Assembly (NCBI GenBank): GCA_026770705.1
Contig: JANJGN010000071.1
Coordinates: 1,984,001-2,048,000, forward strand
From: Isurus oxyrinchus
Lineage: Eukaryota
Length of the DNA: 64,000 nucleotides
Direction: 5' to 3'
The notes beneath the pieces are model-generated. The model searched no databases and was not told where the DNA came from. It was given only the letters and a program-made list of their open reading frames with translations. Positions 23,080 to 34,874 of the stretch are shown piece by piece (within the stretch, counting starts at the first letter, position 1; every line of letters starts with the position of its first letter). The position numbers and the translations under genes are program-made.

Positions 23080-24075
23080 GATACGAGCATTAGTGGACTG
23101 TATTAGACCATTATCGAAAATGAAAGCTGGACTCCAGTATGGCCTCACTATGATGGATATGACAACTCGATTTCCAGAGACCATCCCTTTAGGAACAATT
23201 ACAGCTAAAGTAGTAATAGGGAAGTTAACCCAATTTTTTACCCATTATGGATTACCGCTGGAGATCCAGTCAGATCAAGGTTCCATCTCTATGTCTTAAA
23301 ATTTTCCGAACATAATGAGTAATTTGGGTATAAAACAGTTAAAGTCCACAGCATATCATCCATAGACACAGGGATCTTTAGAGAGGGACCAACAAACCCT
23401 CAAAACAATGATTGAAGCTATTGTCATGATCTCCCCATGACTGGGACAAAGGACTGGATTTCTTGTATTTCCCACATGAGATTCACCAACTGAATCGGCA
23501 GGTTTTAGTCTTTTTGGAATAACTTATGGACACGAGATAAGAGGCTGTTTGAAATACATCAAAGAAAGATATTCCGGACAGAGGGATGAATCCTCTATTT
23601 CAGATGATGTGTCCATGTTTCAGGAACGGCTCATGGGAGCCTCCAAAGTGGCACAAGAACATCTTATAGTTTCTCAAACAGAAATGAAGGAATGGGGCAG
23701 ACAGGCAAGCTGTGACCCGAACATCACAACCAGGGGGATGACGTGTTAGTATCATTGCCTTGGCAGGGGGAGCCTCTGAAAGCGCGGTTCAGTGGTCTCC
23801 ACAAGGTAATTAGGAGGGTTGGTCAAGTAAATTATTTGATAGACACCCCAGATTGTAGAATAAAGAATCGGCTGTGACACATCAATATGTTAAAACGATA
23901 CCATCGTAGGGAGGGAGGTAAAAAGGAGCAGGTATTTCATTTCCAACCAGATTCTGCATAGATTACAGAAAGGTTAATGCAGCAATAAAACCAGATTCCT
24001 ACCCAATCCCCTGTTTAGAAGATGGTATTGACGAGGTTGGCAGTGCCATGTTCCTTACTGAGATAAATTTGTTGG
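23080..24075 (+). mobile_element. Ty3/gypsy (Gmr1-like) pol remnant: integrase followed by RT start
   Basis: LVDCIRPL...TRFPETIPL...GLPLEIQSDQGS (integrase core), then RFCIDYRKVNA...YPIPCLEDGIDEVG (RT) from 23949. Confidence 0.8.
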
Positions 24076-24266
24076 TAGTGGGGGGTGTTCGTGACCATCA
24101 GTGTGGAAGGGTTAGGTTTACAGGTTACACAGACCAGACACACACCAACAGACACACACACACATGTAAGCACGCACATTCACACGCACACGCGCACACA
24201 CACAACACACACACGCACACACACACACGCACACACACACACACACACACACGTAAGCACGCACAT

Positions 24267-24526
24267 NNNNNNNNNNNNNNNNNNNNNNNNNNNNNNNNNN
24301 NNNNNNNNNNNNNNNNNNNNNNNNNNNNNNNNNNNNNNNNNNNNNNNNNNNNNNNNNNNNNNNNNNNNNNNNNNNNNNNNNNNNNNNNNNNNNNNNNNNN
24401 NNNNNNNNNNNNNNNNNNNNNNNNNNNNNNNNNNNNNNNNNNNNNNNNNNNNNNNNNNNNNNNNNNNNNNNNNNNNNNNNNNNNNNNNNNNNNNNNNNNN
24501 NNNNNNNNNNNNNNNNNNNNNNNNNN
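24267..24526. other. Assembly gap preceded by (CA)n
   Basis: Run of N. Further gaps at 34480-34775, 36035-36197 and 38480-38647. Confidence 0.99.
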
Positions 24527-24940
24527 CACTCAGTGCTGCACTGGAGTCTCGGTGTCAGCTCCGATTCTGTGTTGAAGGAAGGTAAACTCCGGATCAACAA
24601 GACCCTGAATTGGATGAGCAACCTCCTTAACAGAGAATTGTAGATTTACCCCTCAGTGCTCCATCGATCAAATATAATTCATTGCCTGTCAAGCCCTTGG
24701 GGACATCCTGAGGATGTGAAAGGCAGTTTCTTTAAATCTGGATGGGCAGCGTCTCTGGTGGGAGAATGCTCCTGCAGTGTGACAGTTTACATAGGCAGTG
24801 CCCATTGTAAATGTGACATAGGAACTTATCTTGAGAGAAGGTGCCTAGAAATGCACACAGGCATCAGTTACAGCGAGATGATACAGGAAGTTTTGCTGTG
24901 CACTGTGTTTGCTCACATTAAAATCTTTATATATTTTTAG

Positions 24941-25222
24941 ATGCACCACAGAATCTCTCAATTACTTCTCTTGATATGATTAACGCTTCATCGATCAATA
25001 TAATTGAGGGGAATTCTGCAGTGATAATCTGCTCTGTCGAGAGCTTCCCAGCTTCTAACCTGACGTGGCGACATCTTAATGTCCCAATGAACAGAACAAG
25101 TTCCAACAATGAGCTGTGGTTGGTGATTCCTCACGTTACATCCAGGGACACTGGAGACTATCAGTGTGTGGCAGAGAATGAACATGGAGCAGTGCAGGGG
25201 TTCATAACCATCACTGTGGAAT
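24941..25222 (+). CDS. Copy C: Ig3 exon
   Basis: ttttag|AT...GAAT|gtgagt, near-identical to 1624-1905. Confidence 0.9.
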
Positions 25223-25544
25223 GTGAGTGTGGAGATACATTTGTTTGTTTGTTGTCTCCGTGGTCTCCGTGGAGCCATTGGGATCGTGTTGTTTTTAATC
25301 CAGTTTTCTTCAATCCTCGCTCAGTCCACGTTATCCACACATCCAATTTTTCCTCTCCTTTTCTGTTTTTGCTCTCAGTTTCTCCTTCAATGGTTGTCAG
25401 GACAAGGCTGTCAGGTCTTCGTTTCCAATCTCCGTACTTGATGAACTTTCTATCTCTAACTGTCCTGAACAACCCTTTTAATGGCTGAACGTCTCCTCTT
25501 GATCTAAGCCACTCATTGGTCTTTCTGTACATCCAGCTGATTCT

Positions 25545-26610
25545 GAGCATCTGGCAGCATCTGTGGAGAGAAAGACAGGGTTAGCGTTTGGAGTCCGTAA
25601 GACTCCTCTTCAGAGCTAAAGGGAAGTAGACATGTGGTGAAATATATCCTGTCTAAGGGGGGGCGATGGGACAGGTGGAGCTGGATAGAAAACCAGCGAT
25701 AGGTGGAGGCAATGGAGAGATTGTGAAAAATGTCATAAACAAAAGGTCAAAGGGTTGTTAACAGTGGTGGTATTGGATAAAGGAGGTGCTAATGGTGACA
25801 TTAAGCAGAGTGTGATAATGGGCGGACCAGGGTAAGCACTCTGGAAAGAGACAGATGGCCCTCGTGGGGGTGTGGCAGGGGGAGGGGACGGTGGAGGGAA
25901 TAAAGATCGAAAATAGACTAAAATCTGCGGATGAAACAATCAATAAAAATGGAAATGAATTTCAAATAATAATAATAAAAATAAGTGGAAAACAGTTAAC
26001 AAAAAAAACAATTAAAATGAATACATTAAAAAAGGGTTCAAAAAGCAGTGAAGATCGAGGAGAGAGTTCATGATCTGAAATTGTTGAATTCAATATTCAG
26101 TCGGGAAGGCTGTAAAGTGCCAGGTCGGAAGATGAGGTGCTGTTCCTCCAGTTTGTGTTGGGCTTCACTGGAACAATGCAGCAGGCCAAGGACGGACATG
26201 TGGGCATGAGAGCAGGGTGGGGTGTTAAAATGGCAAGCGACAGGGAGGTCTGGGTCGTTCTTGCAGACAGACTGAAGGTGTTCATCAGAGCGATCACCCA
26301 GTCTGTGTTTGGTGTCTCCAATGTAGAGGAGACCACATTGGGAGCATTGAATGCAGTAGATTAAATTGAAGGAAGTCTGCATGAAGCGCTGCTTCACCTG
26401 GAAGGAGTGTTTGGGTCATTGGACAGTGAGGGGGGAGGAAGTAAAGGGGCAGGTGTTGCACCTTCTGTAAATACATGGGAAGATGTCATCGGAGAGGGTT
26501 GAGGTGCTAGGGGTGATGGAGGAGTGGACCAGGGTGTCCTGGAGGGAATGATCCCTGTGGAATGCCAACGGGGTGGGGGTGAAGGGAAGATGCTTTTGAT
26601 GGTGGTCAGA
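25545..26610 (-). mobile_element. Penelope-like element fragment (GIY-YIG)
   Basis: NLIYCIQCSQCGLLYIGDTKHRLGDR...LEEQHLIFRPGTLQPSRLNIEF, with a terminal repeat at 25545-25615. Confidence 0.88.
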
Positions 26611-26754
26611 TTTTGTCCAAAGGAGGTGAGAAATGAGGGAGGGAATTCCAGAGGTTAGGATCCAGGCAGCTGAAGGCACGGCCGCCAATGGTGGAGCGAT
26701 AGGAATCGGGGGAAGGTCAAGAGGCTGGAATTGGAGGTGCACAGAGATCTCAGA

Positions 26755-27020
26755 GGGTTGTAGAGGCTGGAGGAGTTTACAGAGATAAGGAAGGTTGTAG
26801 GGGCTGGAGGAGTTTACAGAGATAAGGAAGGTTGTAGGAGCTGGAGGAGTTTACAGAGATAAGGAAGGTTGTAGGGGCTGGAGGAGGTTACTGAGATAGG
26901 GAGGGTTGAACGGGCTGGAGGAGGTTACAGAGATAGGGAGGGTTGAAGGGGCTGGAGGAGGTTACAGAGATAGGGAGGGTTGAAAGGTCTGGAGGAGGTA
27001 ACAGAGATAGGGAGGGGGTA
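26755..27020. repeat. 37-bp tandem repeat within an L2-like LINE remnant
   Basis: (GTTGTAGGGGCTGGAGGAGTTTACAGAGATAAGGAAG)n, about 7 units. Confidence 0.85.
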
Positions 27021-27326
27021 AGGAGGGATTTGAAACGATGTTAATTTTAAAATTGTGGCATTGTCGGACCGGGAGCCAGTCTAGCTCAGTGACCAACAGG
27101 GAGTGATGTGTGAACGGGATTTGGTGTGAGTTAGGACATGGGGACAGCAGAGTTTGGGATGAGCTGATGTTTACAGAGAGTGGAAGATGGGAGGTGGGGC
27201 AGGAGAGTGTTGGGATAGTTGAGTGCGGAGGTAACAAAGGCAGGAATGAGTGTTTCAGTGTTAAGATTCTATCTTACGCTCTAACTTTGCTATGACGTTG
27301 TCTCATTGTTGTCCTTCCCTCCTCAG

Positions 27327-27620
27327 ATAAGCCGGAGATTTCCCAGCAGTCGGAGTGCACTCGGTGATCAGAGGGGGTCACCTGCGTCTGTGTGGCCAAC
27401 TCCAACCCACCCGGAGACCTCACCTGGCACCTGCCCAGTGCCAACATCAGTGGTAACCAAACACACGGAGGTTTTGTGTCATGGCAGGTCAGAGATGGGC
27501 ATCTGGTGACTGGTTTCCTCACCCTGATGAGACCCCAGGATGAGGGGGGAGTGATGGCATCCTGCTCGGTTCAAAACCCACATGGGGAAGACATGTTCAA
27601 GGTTTATCTGTGGGTCAAAG
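27327..27620 (+). pseudogene. Copy C: membrane-proximal Ig exon (MAG-d5/Siglec-like CxC type) with premature stop
   Basis: KPEISQQSECTR*SEGVTCVCVANSNPPGDLTW...SCSVQNPHG; TGA at 27365-27367; cctcag|AT...AAAG|gtgag. Confidence 0.8.
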
Positions 27621-27969
27621 GTGAGAGACTCACTCAGGATCGATCTCCACTCAGCTGGATTGATCCCTAAACTCGAGAATTCCCTCCCTCAACCTCTCCA
27701 CCTCTCTCTCTACCTCCTCTAAGATGCTGTGTACAACTTACCCCTTTGACCAAGCTTTGAATCACCTGACCTCATGTGACAATGGCAACACTTGGTCAAA
27801 TTGGAGCCAGGCCGTTCAGGGGGTGATGTCAGGAAGCACTTCTTCACACAAAGGGGAGTGGAAATCTGGAACCCTCTCCCCCAGATAAGCTGCTTCATTG
27901 GGTGCAAGACAGAAAGCTTTGACAAAATGTCCTTTCTCAGCAATACTCAGGTTCTCCTCCCAAACGACT

Positions 27970-28340
27970 AAATATTATATATAAACATTACATAGATTAC
28001 ATCGAGAAACATTATATATAAATGTTACATAGATTACATCGAGAAATATTATATATAAATGTTACATAGATTACATTGATAAATATTATATATAAATGTT
28101 ACATATATTACATTGATAAATATTATATATAAAAGTTACATATATTACATTGATAAATATTATATATAAATGTTACATGGATTAAATCGAGAAACATTAT
28201 ATATAAATATTACAGAAATTAAATGGATAAAAATTATATATAAATGTTACATAGATTATATTGATAAATATTATAAATTTATGCTATAGGGATCACATTG
28301 ATAAATATTATATATAAATGTTACATGGATTAAATCGAAA
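27970..28340. repeat. AT-rich 37-bp minisatellite
   Basis: (AAATATTATATATAAATGTTACATAGATTACATTGAT)n, about 10 units. Confidence 0.9.
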
Positions 28341-28869
28341 TATAAGACTTGCGTTGATAAAATACTTAGGAATTCCCAAAACACTCGATAACCAGTGAAG
28401 CAGTTTCAAAGTGAGCTCACTGTCATCATGTAAGAAACGCAACAGCTGATTTGTGCACAGCAAGATCCCACAAACAACAGCGTGAAATTGAGGTGATAAT
28501 TGATTATTTTAGGGAGGGTAGTTGATACATATATATAGAAATTACATATATAATATGGGTCACTAATTATCTTAAGGGAGGGAAACCTGTCCATTTTAAC
28601 AGGTCTGGGTGTATATGTGACTCCAGTCTCAAACACCAACATGGTTAACTCTTACCTGCCCTCTGAACTGGTCTCCCAGTTTGGGACAAACCAGTGGTTC
28701 AGGAGGAAGACCCCCCACCACCTTCTCAAGGGGAAACTAGGGATGGACAATAAATGTCAGCATTGCCCGAGAATGAGTATTTAAACACTGAGTGAGTGTA
28801 TCGCTTCTCGAGATACATCGGAGCATCATTGTAAACCTGTAGTGCAGTAATTAATGGCTGTTTTTACAG

Positions 28870-28966
28870 GTAGAGACTCCAGTAAATGGACAGTAGGATT
28901 GTTCACGGCTGGGATCATGTTGAGTGTTTTCCTGGCTGGAATCTTCATCTTCATCTGTGTGAGAAA
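28870..28966 (+). CDS. Copy C: transmembrane exon (uncharged)
   Basis: ttttacag|GT...AGAAA|gtaagt; RDSSKWTVGLFTAGIMLSVFLAGIFIFICVRK. Confidence 0.88.
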
Positions 28967-29843
28967 GTAAGTCTGAAGATTTAACTTGATTTTAATATAA
29001 ACATTTGCTTCAATGTTCTTTCCTTAAGTCGGTGATTGTTTCCCTTGGGATCAGCACCAGTTCCCTCTCTGTAAGTGATCCCTGTGTCCACTCTGATCCG
29101 GAGAGAACCTTTCATTGTCCTGTATCCAGGTAAACAATCACGAGACCCAGAGATTCCTCACTCTGCACGATTACTTCGGGATAAATATTTGCTTCAATGT
29201 TCTTTCCTGAAGTCGGTGATTGTTTCCCTTGTGTTAAGCGCCAGATGCCTCTCCGTAACTGGTCTCTTTGTCCCTTACGATCCAGAGAGAGTTTTTCATT
29301 GCCCGTTATCCAGATGAATAATAATCAGTTGCTGTGATCTGGAAGGCGCTGCCTGAAAGGGCGCTGGAAGCAGATTTAATAGGATCTTTCAAAAGGGGAA
29401 TTGAATAAATACTTGAAGGGGGAACATTTGAAGGGCTACGGGGGGAAGAGCAGGGGTGGAGATGGGGTCAAAGATATGGCGTGTCATTATAATGATATTA
29501 TACCTTAGGCTTATTTACTGTACAAGAAACAAAGCACCAATCGCTCACAGGGATTTGGTGAGAATGTTAATGATTTGTTTATCAAGACTCGGCACGAGAA
29601 CGGTTATACATACGGATAAAGATTGAAGGCATCAGAGCTGTGAGTGTGTGTTCTGCTCAAAGCAAATGTCAAACTAAGATTGGATCACATGACACACTTC
29701 CATTATAGTGATGTCACGCTGATATCCCTTATTGGAACTAGAGACAGTCCAGTCGTTGGTGTAAGGTTACACTGGTCTCTGTGTCTGTGCTGCACTGACT
29801 CTCTGCTGTATGATAACCACAGTGTGATATTGTGTTATTGCAG

Positions 29844-29925
29844 GAGAAAGACAGCGACGCAGGAGAGAGTTTCAGGGACCAGTGACATTGCATTGACCCC
29901 CAGGTCACTCTCTGTGAAGCACCAG
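29844..29925 (+). CDS. Copy C: first cytoplasmic exon
   Basis: ttgcag|G...CAG|gtacag, phase 2-0, RKTATQERVSGTSDIALTPRSLSVKHQ. Confidence 0.75.
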
Positions 29926-30129
29926 GTACAGGAGCTGTTTACACTCACTTCAAAGCTTCAACCTCAGTGTGTAGACAACACGTATACCAGATTCTCAGCC
30001 GGGTTACACATAGATATCTCCCTGTGAAGCAATGGCTCAGTGGTCAGCACTGTCTCTCGCTCCCAGCCTCTGGCACCCTCCATCACTCGCTCTTTGACCA
30101 GAAACCTGAACACAATAATGACAAGGCAC

Positions 30130-30460
30130 CTGATGTCAGTAGTGAGGGAGTGCTGCACTGCCAGAGGGTCAGTATTGAGGGAGTGCTGCGCTGTCAGAGG
30201 GTCAGTACTGAGGGAGTGCTGCCCTGTCAGAGGGTCAGTACTGAGGGAGTGCTGCACTGTCAGAGGGTCAGTACTGAGGGAGTGCTGCACTGTCAGAGGG
30301 TCAGTATTGAGGGAGTGCTGCACTGTCAGAGGGTCATTACTGAGGGAGTGTTGGACTGTCAGAGGGTCAGTACTGAGGGAGTGCTGCACTGTCAGATGGT
30401 CAGTATTGAGGGAGTGCTGCACTGTCAGAGGGTCAGTACTGAGGGAGTGCTGCACTGTTG
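30130..30460 (-). repeat. 33-bp minisatellite in reverse orientation
   Basis: Reverse complement of the 218-718 unit. Confidence 0.92.
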
Positions 30461-30645
30461 GAGTGTGATAGAGATTAAATTATAAAGAGAGAGAGAAAGA
30501 GAGACAGAGAAAGAGAGGGAAAAAAAGGGTTAAACCCACTGAGACACGACTGACACTAATGAGGCTGCACAATAATTTAACCCTATCAGTGGCAGTAAAT
30601 GATGTGAGGATGTCTTCTGTTTCCATTTCTCTGTCGGGTAAACAG

Positions 30646-30885
30646 AACGTGCTGATTACTGAGCCCCGGAACACAACCAGAGACACAACTAGCGAGGGGG
30701 AGACCCCAGCTCCCCGGGATCTCTCTGAAGGTCCAGTGGGAGGCGATGTTGGACATGGGAACCCCGACAATACCGACGAGCTTCTCTACGCCAACATCAA
30801 CTTTTCAAAGCTGCCCAGCGGTGACAGGACTGTGCACAGGAGCGAGGACACGGAATACGCACAGATCAGGTTCCAGAAAAACTGA
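30646..30885 (+). CDS. Copy C: terminal exon with ITIM (LLYANI) and ITSM/ITIM-like motif (TEYAQI)
   Basis: aaacag|AAC...TGA. ELLYANINF...DTEYAQIRF matches the two-motif tail typical of inhibitory Siglecs. Confidence 0.88.
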   Translation, partial: NVLITEPRNTTRDTTSEGETPAPRDLSEGPVGGDVGHGNPDNTDELLYANINFSKLPSGDRTVHRSEDTEYAQIRFQKN

Positions 30886-32094
30886 GTGTGAAACAGGGAG
30901 CGGGGCTGTGGGGTGTGTGCAGCCAACATGGCCAAACAGTAATGAACAGAAATATGATGTTGCTCAACTTTTTTTATTGGCTCTGAGTGAGCTTTCTGAA
31001 TGCTGCACCTTTTTCCATGCTGTAAAAGATTGCGAGAAGCTTATGGGTTGTGTATAATTTTACATCTGTTAATACAAGGTGAGGTGAGAGTGACTGCCCT
31101 TAACATTAAGGCTGCATTTGACCGAGTGTGGCCTCTAAGAGCCCGAGCATAACTGCAATCAATGGGAATCAGGGGTGGTACGAAAGTATAATAATTTGCA
31201 TACTATTCTCCTGGTTTGTTGTAAACTAGGTTTCTGGGTGTGAGTGTAGATGTGTGTCTGTCTGTGTGGCTTAATTACATCTGGAGTCAGGTAGACTTCA
31301 AGCTGGAGATTATCAAAAGAAGCTGGATGTAGAAATGTACTTGAAATGCTAATGAGAACACATGGAGGCTGTGTTAACATGTAAGGTGTGAAGGGGTTGT
31401 TTAGATTTCAAAGGGATGTCGGTCTGTTTAGGACAAGCCCAATAAGCAAAGCTAAGGAGTTTTTTTTTTTAATTTTACCCAAACTTCATTGACAATATTG
31501 GCAGCATGAAAGTTTATATTATGGGAAAGGTGTAGTTCCAAAGAATTTACACATCAAAGAGTGAGAAACATGTATAAAGGAGAATGAAAGGCTATGTTGG
31601 GGGCCATGTAAGATCTAACAGGAGTGTGTGAAACAGGCTTGAAGAAGCCTCCAGGCATTTGTGCATAAGTCTGTTATGTTCAGTAAATAAAGTTGGAGAA
31701 ACCCATTTAGAATTCCAGTGTCAAGTGTGTGCTGTGTTAACTCGCTGGGTTTGTTTTTAATCTAAAATCTTATTTTGGACTGTTGCCTTAAACGGGCTCT
31801 GTAACTGGGAGTCAGGTTAATTAGGAATTTGAGAATATATTTCAGCTGTAACTAATCGTGGTATTATGTATGTGCTTGAAATCTTTTATTTTGTTAATAA
31901 ATATCTTAATCGAATTTTTTAAATCTCTGAAGGTTGTGGTCAACTCATTACTCCTGAATTCAGTGCACGCTTCTTGTAATAAATGCAAATTGCAAAACTA
32001 TTGTGATAGCATGACCAATTTTCCCTTGTGGATTTGGAGCACCAAGCACACATCATCTGCCATGTCATGTCACAGGGAAAACTCTCCACTCGTT

Positions 32095-33110
32095 GGATTC
32101 ATACCAAGTACAAAGGAAGGTGGTTGTGGTTGTTGGAGGTCAGTCATCTCAGTTCCAGGACATCACCGCAGGAGTTCCTCAGGGTAGTGTCCTAGGCCCA
32201 ACCATCTTCAGCTGCTTCATCAATGACATTCATTCTATCAGATGGTCAGAATTATGGAAGGTCGCTGATGATTGCACAATGTTCAACATCATTCATGACT
32301 CATCAGATGCTAAAGCAGTCCATGTCCAAATGCAGCAAGACCTTGACAATATCCAGGCTTGGGCTGACAAGTGGCAAGTAACATTCATGCCACACAAGTG
32401 CCAGGCAATGACCATCTCCAACCAGAGAGAATATATCCATCTCCCCTTAATGTCCAATGGCATCACCATTGCTGAATCCCCCACAATCAACACGCTGGGG
32501 GTTAACGTTGACCAGAAACTGAACTGGACTAGCCATATAAACACTGTGACTACAAGAGCAGGCCAGAGCCTGGGAATCCTGTGGTGAGTAACTCACCTCC
32601 TGACTCCCCAAAGCCTGTCCACCAACCTCAAGGCACAGGTCAGGAGTGTGATGGAATACAACACTCAAGAAGCTCGACACCGTCCAGGACAAAGCAGCCC
32701 CGCTTGATTTGCACCCCATCCACAAACATTCTCTCCCTCCACAACTGACGTACTGTGGCAGCAGGGTGTGTACCATCTACAAGATGCAACGTAGGGATTC
32801 ACCAAGCCTCCTTAGACAGCACCTTCCAAACACATGATCACTACCATCTTGAAGGACAAGGGCAGCAGACACATGGGAACACCACCATCTGGAAGTTCCC
32901 CTCCAAGTCACTCACCATCCTGACTTGGAAATATATCACCGTTCCTTCACTGTCGCTGGGTCAAAATCCTGCAACACCCTCCCAAACAGTTCTGTGGGTG
33001 TACATACACCACAGGGACTGCAGCAGCTCAAGAAGGCAGCTCACCCCCATATTCTCAAGGACAATTAGGGATGGGCAATAAATTCTGGCCTAGCCAGTGT
33101 CAGTGAATGA
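32095..33110 (+). mobile_element. CR1-group LINE 3' fragment (RT)
   Basis: GVPQGSVLGPTIFSCFINDI...VADDCT...WADKWQVTF. Confidence 0.88.
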
Positions 33111-34874
33111 ATACAAAAAAGGAATCAATTAAAGTGCCCTGACATTTCTGAACATTTTTATCAAATTAAATACGTACTCTAGTGAATAATTCCATTCTCC
33201 AAGGCACCACTTCCTGTTGTCACATGTCCTTCTGATTATTTAAATTCCTGTGTCATTGGTAATGTAACATTCCCATGTAAACATGTCACACTGTAATTAC
33301 AGCCTCCTGCCAGTGTGCTGCTCTAGTGTGCTAGTTTTGCTTCTCAGAGACTGGAGGATCTCGATACATTGTGTTTACAATATGAGTAACACTCAGGGGT
33401 GACCAGGGGGATTTTTTTGCCAAGTTTACGATGTTACTAAGATACAATGGCCCCGTAGGATTTTTCCTACTGCGTTTACAAGGTTGAATTGAAGAGATTT
33501 TTGAAGTGTCTGGCACAGTTTTATTAAGGTCCCCTCACATGCAATCTGGAGTCACTGGGTTCAGTTCTGGGTCCGGCACCTCGGGGAGGATATATTGTCC
33601 TCGGAGGGGGTGCTGTGCAGAGTCACCAGGATGATCCCGGGGCTGAAAGGGTTAAATCCCGAGGACAGGTTGCACAGACCAGGCTTGTGTTCCCTCGAGT
33701 CTCAAAGATTAAGGGGTGATCTAATCGAGGGGTTTAAGATGAGTCGTCTCTGTGACCTTCTTCAACCCTGTGAGTCAGCAATGACAACATGAGTTGATGT
33801 TAGCCTGATATGTAGTGCATGGAGGGATTTAACTCTCCAGGGTGTGTGTGCATCACAGTGCTCATTCACATGTGTTCCATGTGCACCTACATCAGCTGTG
33901 TAGACATACAAGCCTCAATGCTGCATCCGGGGAATGTGCCATGTCTCACACCTTAGCTGCAGCACGACCCTTCCCTTGGAGCTCTGTGTGCTCGAGACAT
34001 ATTTTGTTATTTTTTCCTGCCGTCTCTGTGTCCCCCGACCCGGGAGTGAAAATCCGGCCTTAACTTCCACTTTCTAGTGTCTGAGACAAGAGGCAATGAG
34101 TGAGTGGGCTGACGGTCAGGATTAATGCTGTTAATCTGTGTTTGAGGGGCTGTGAATTCTCGGGGGACTAGTTACTCTCTGAGCAGCAGCTTCCAATTCC
34201 TTATTTGATGCCGTGCATATGGGGTTGGAAGATTCTTTTTAAAACCACAGGCAGTTCACAGAAACCCACAGGAAACCCACAGAGAGACAGTCACTGAGAA
34301 AGTCACTCACTCCTTGTGGTTTCACCTTTTAACCACATCCTGTCTGTGTGGCTTAAATGTTAAACACACCGGCCACACTCAGGGAGGTTTCACTCTGTGA
34401 AGCACTTGCTCTCTCTCTCACAAACACACACACAGACACACACACACAGACACATACACAGACACACCCATACCCACATNNNNNNNNNNNNNNNNNNNNN
34501 NNNNNNNNNNNNNNNNNNNNNNNNNNNNNNNNNNNNNNNNNNNNNNNNNNNNNNNNNNNNNNNNNNNNNNNNNNNNNNNNNNNNNNNNNNNNNNNNNNNN
34601 NNNNNNNNNNNANNNNNNNNNNNNNNNNNNNNNNNNNNNNNNNNNNNNNNNNNNNNNNNNNNNNNNNNNNNNNNNNNNNNNNNNNNNNNNNNNNNNNNNN
34701 NNNNNNNNNNNNNNNNNNNNNNNNNNNNNNNNNNNNNNNNNNNNNNNNNNNNNNNNNNNNNNNNNNNNNNNNNNNAGACAGACACAAACACACTCACATT
34801 CTCACACACACACAGCCACTCACTTACACACACACAAACACACACCCAAAGACAATATCCTGACAGCAAACTGT

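Larger units (their letters stand above)
19230..30885 (+). pseudogene. Siglec-like copy C (inhibitory, ITIM/ITSM), damaged; spans an assembly gap
   Basis: Leader 19823-19862, V 20725-21093, C2 stub 21779-21804 cut by a LINE, Ig3 24941-25222, Ig4 27327-27620 with an in-frame TGA, TM 28870-28966, cytoplasmic exons 29844-29925 and 30646-30885. Confidence 0.7.

Noticed and set aside
24048-24621. ORFs containing X runs (also at 34.3-38.7 kb)
   Set aside because: Artefacts of N gaps and CA/GT microsatellites.
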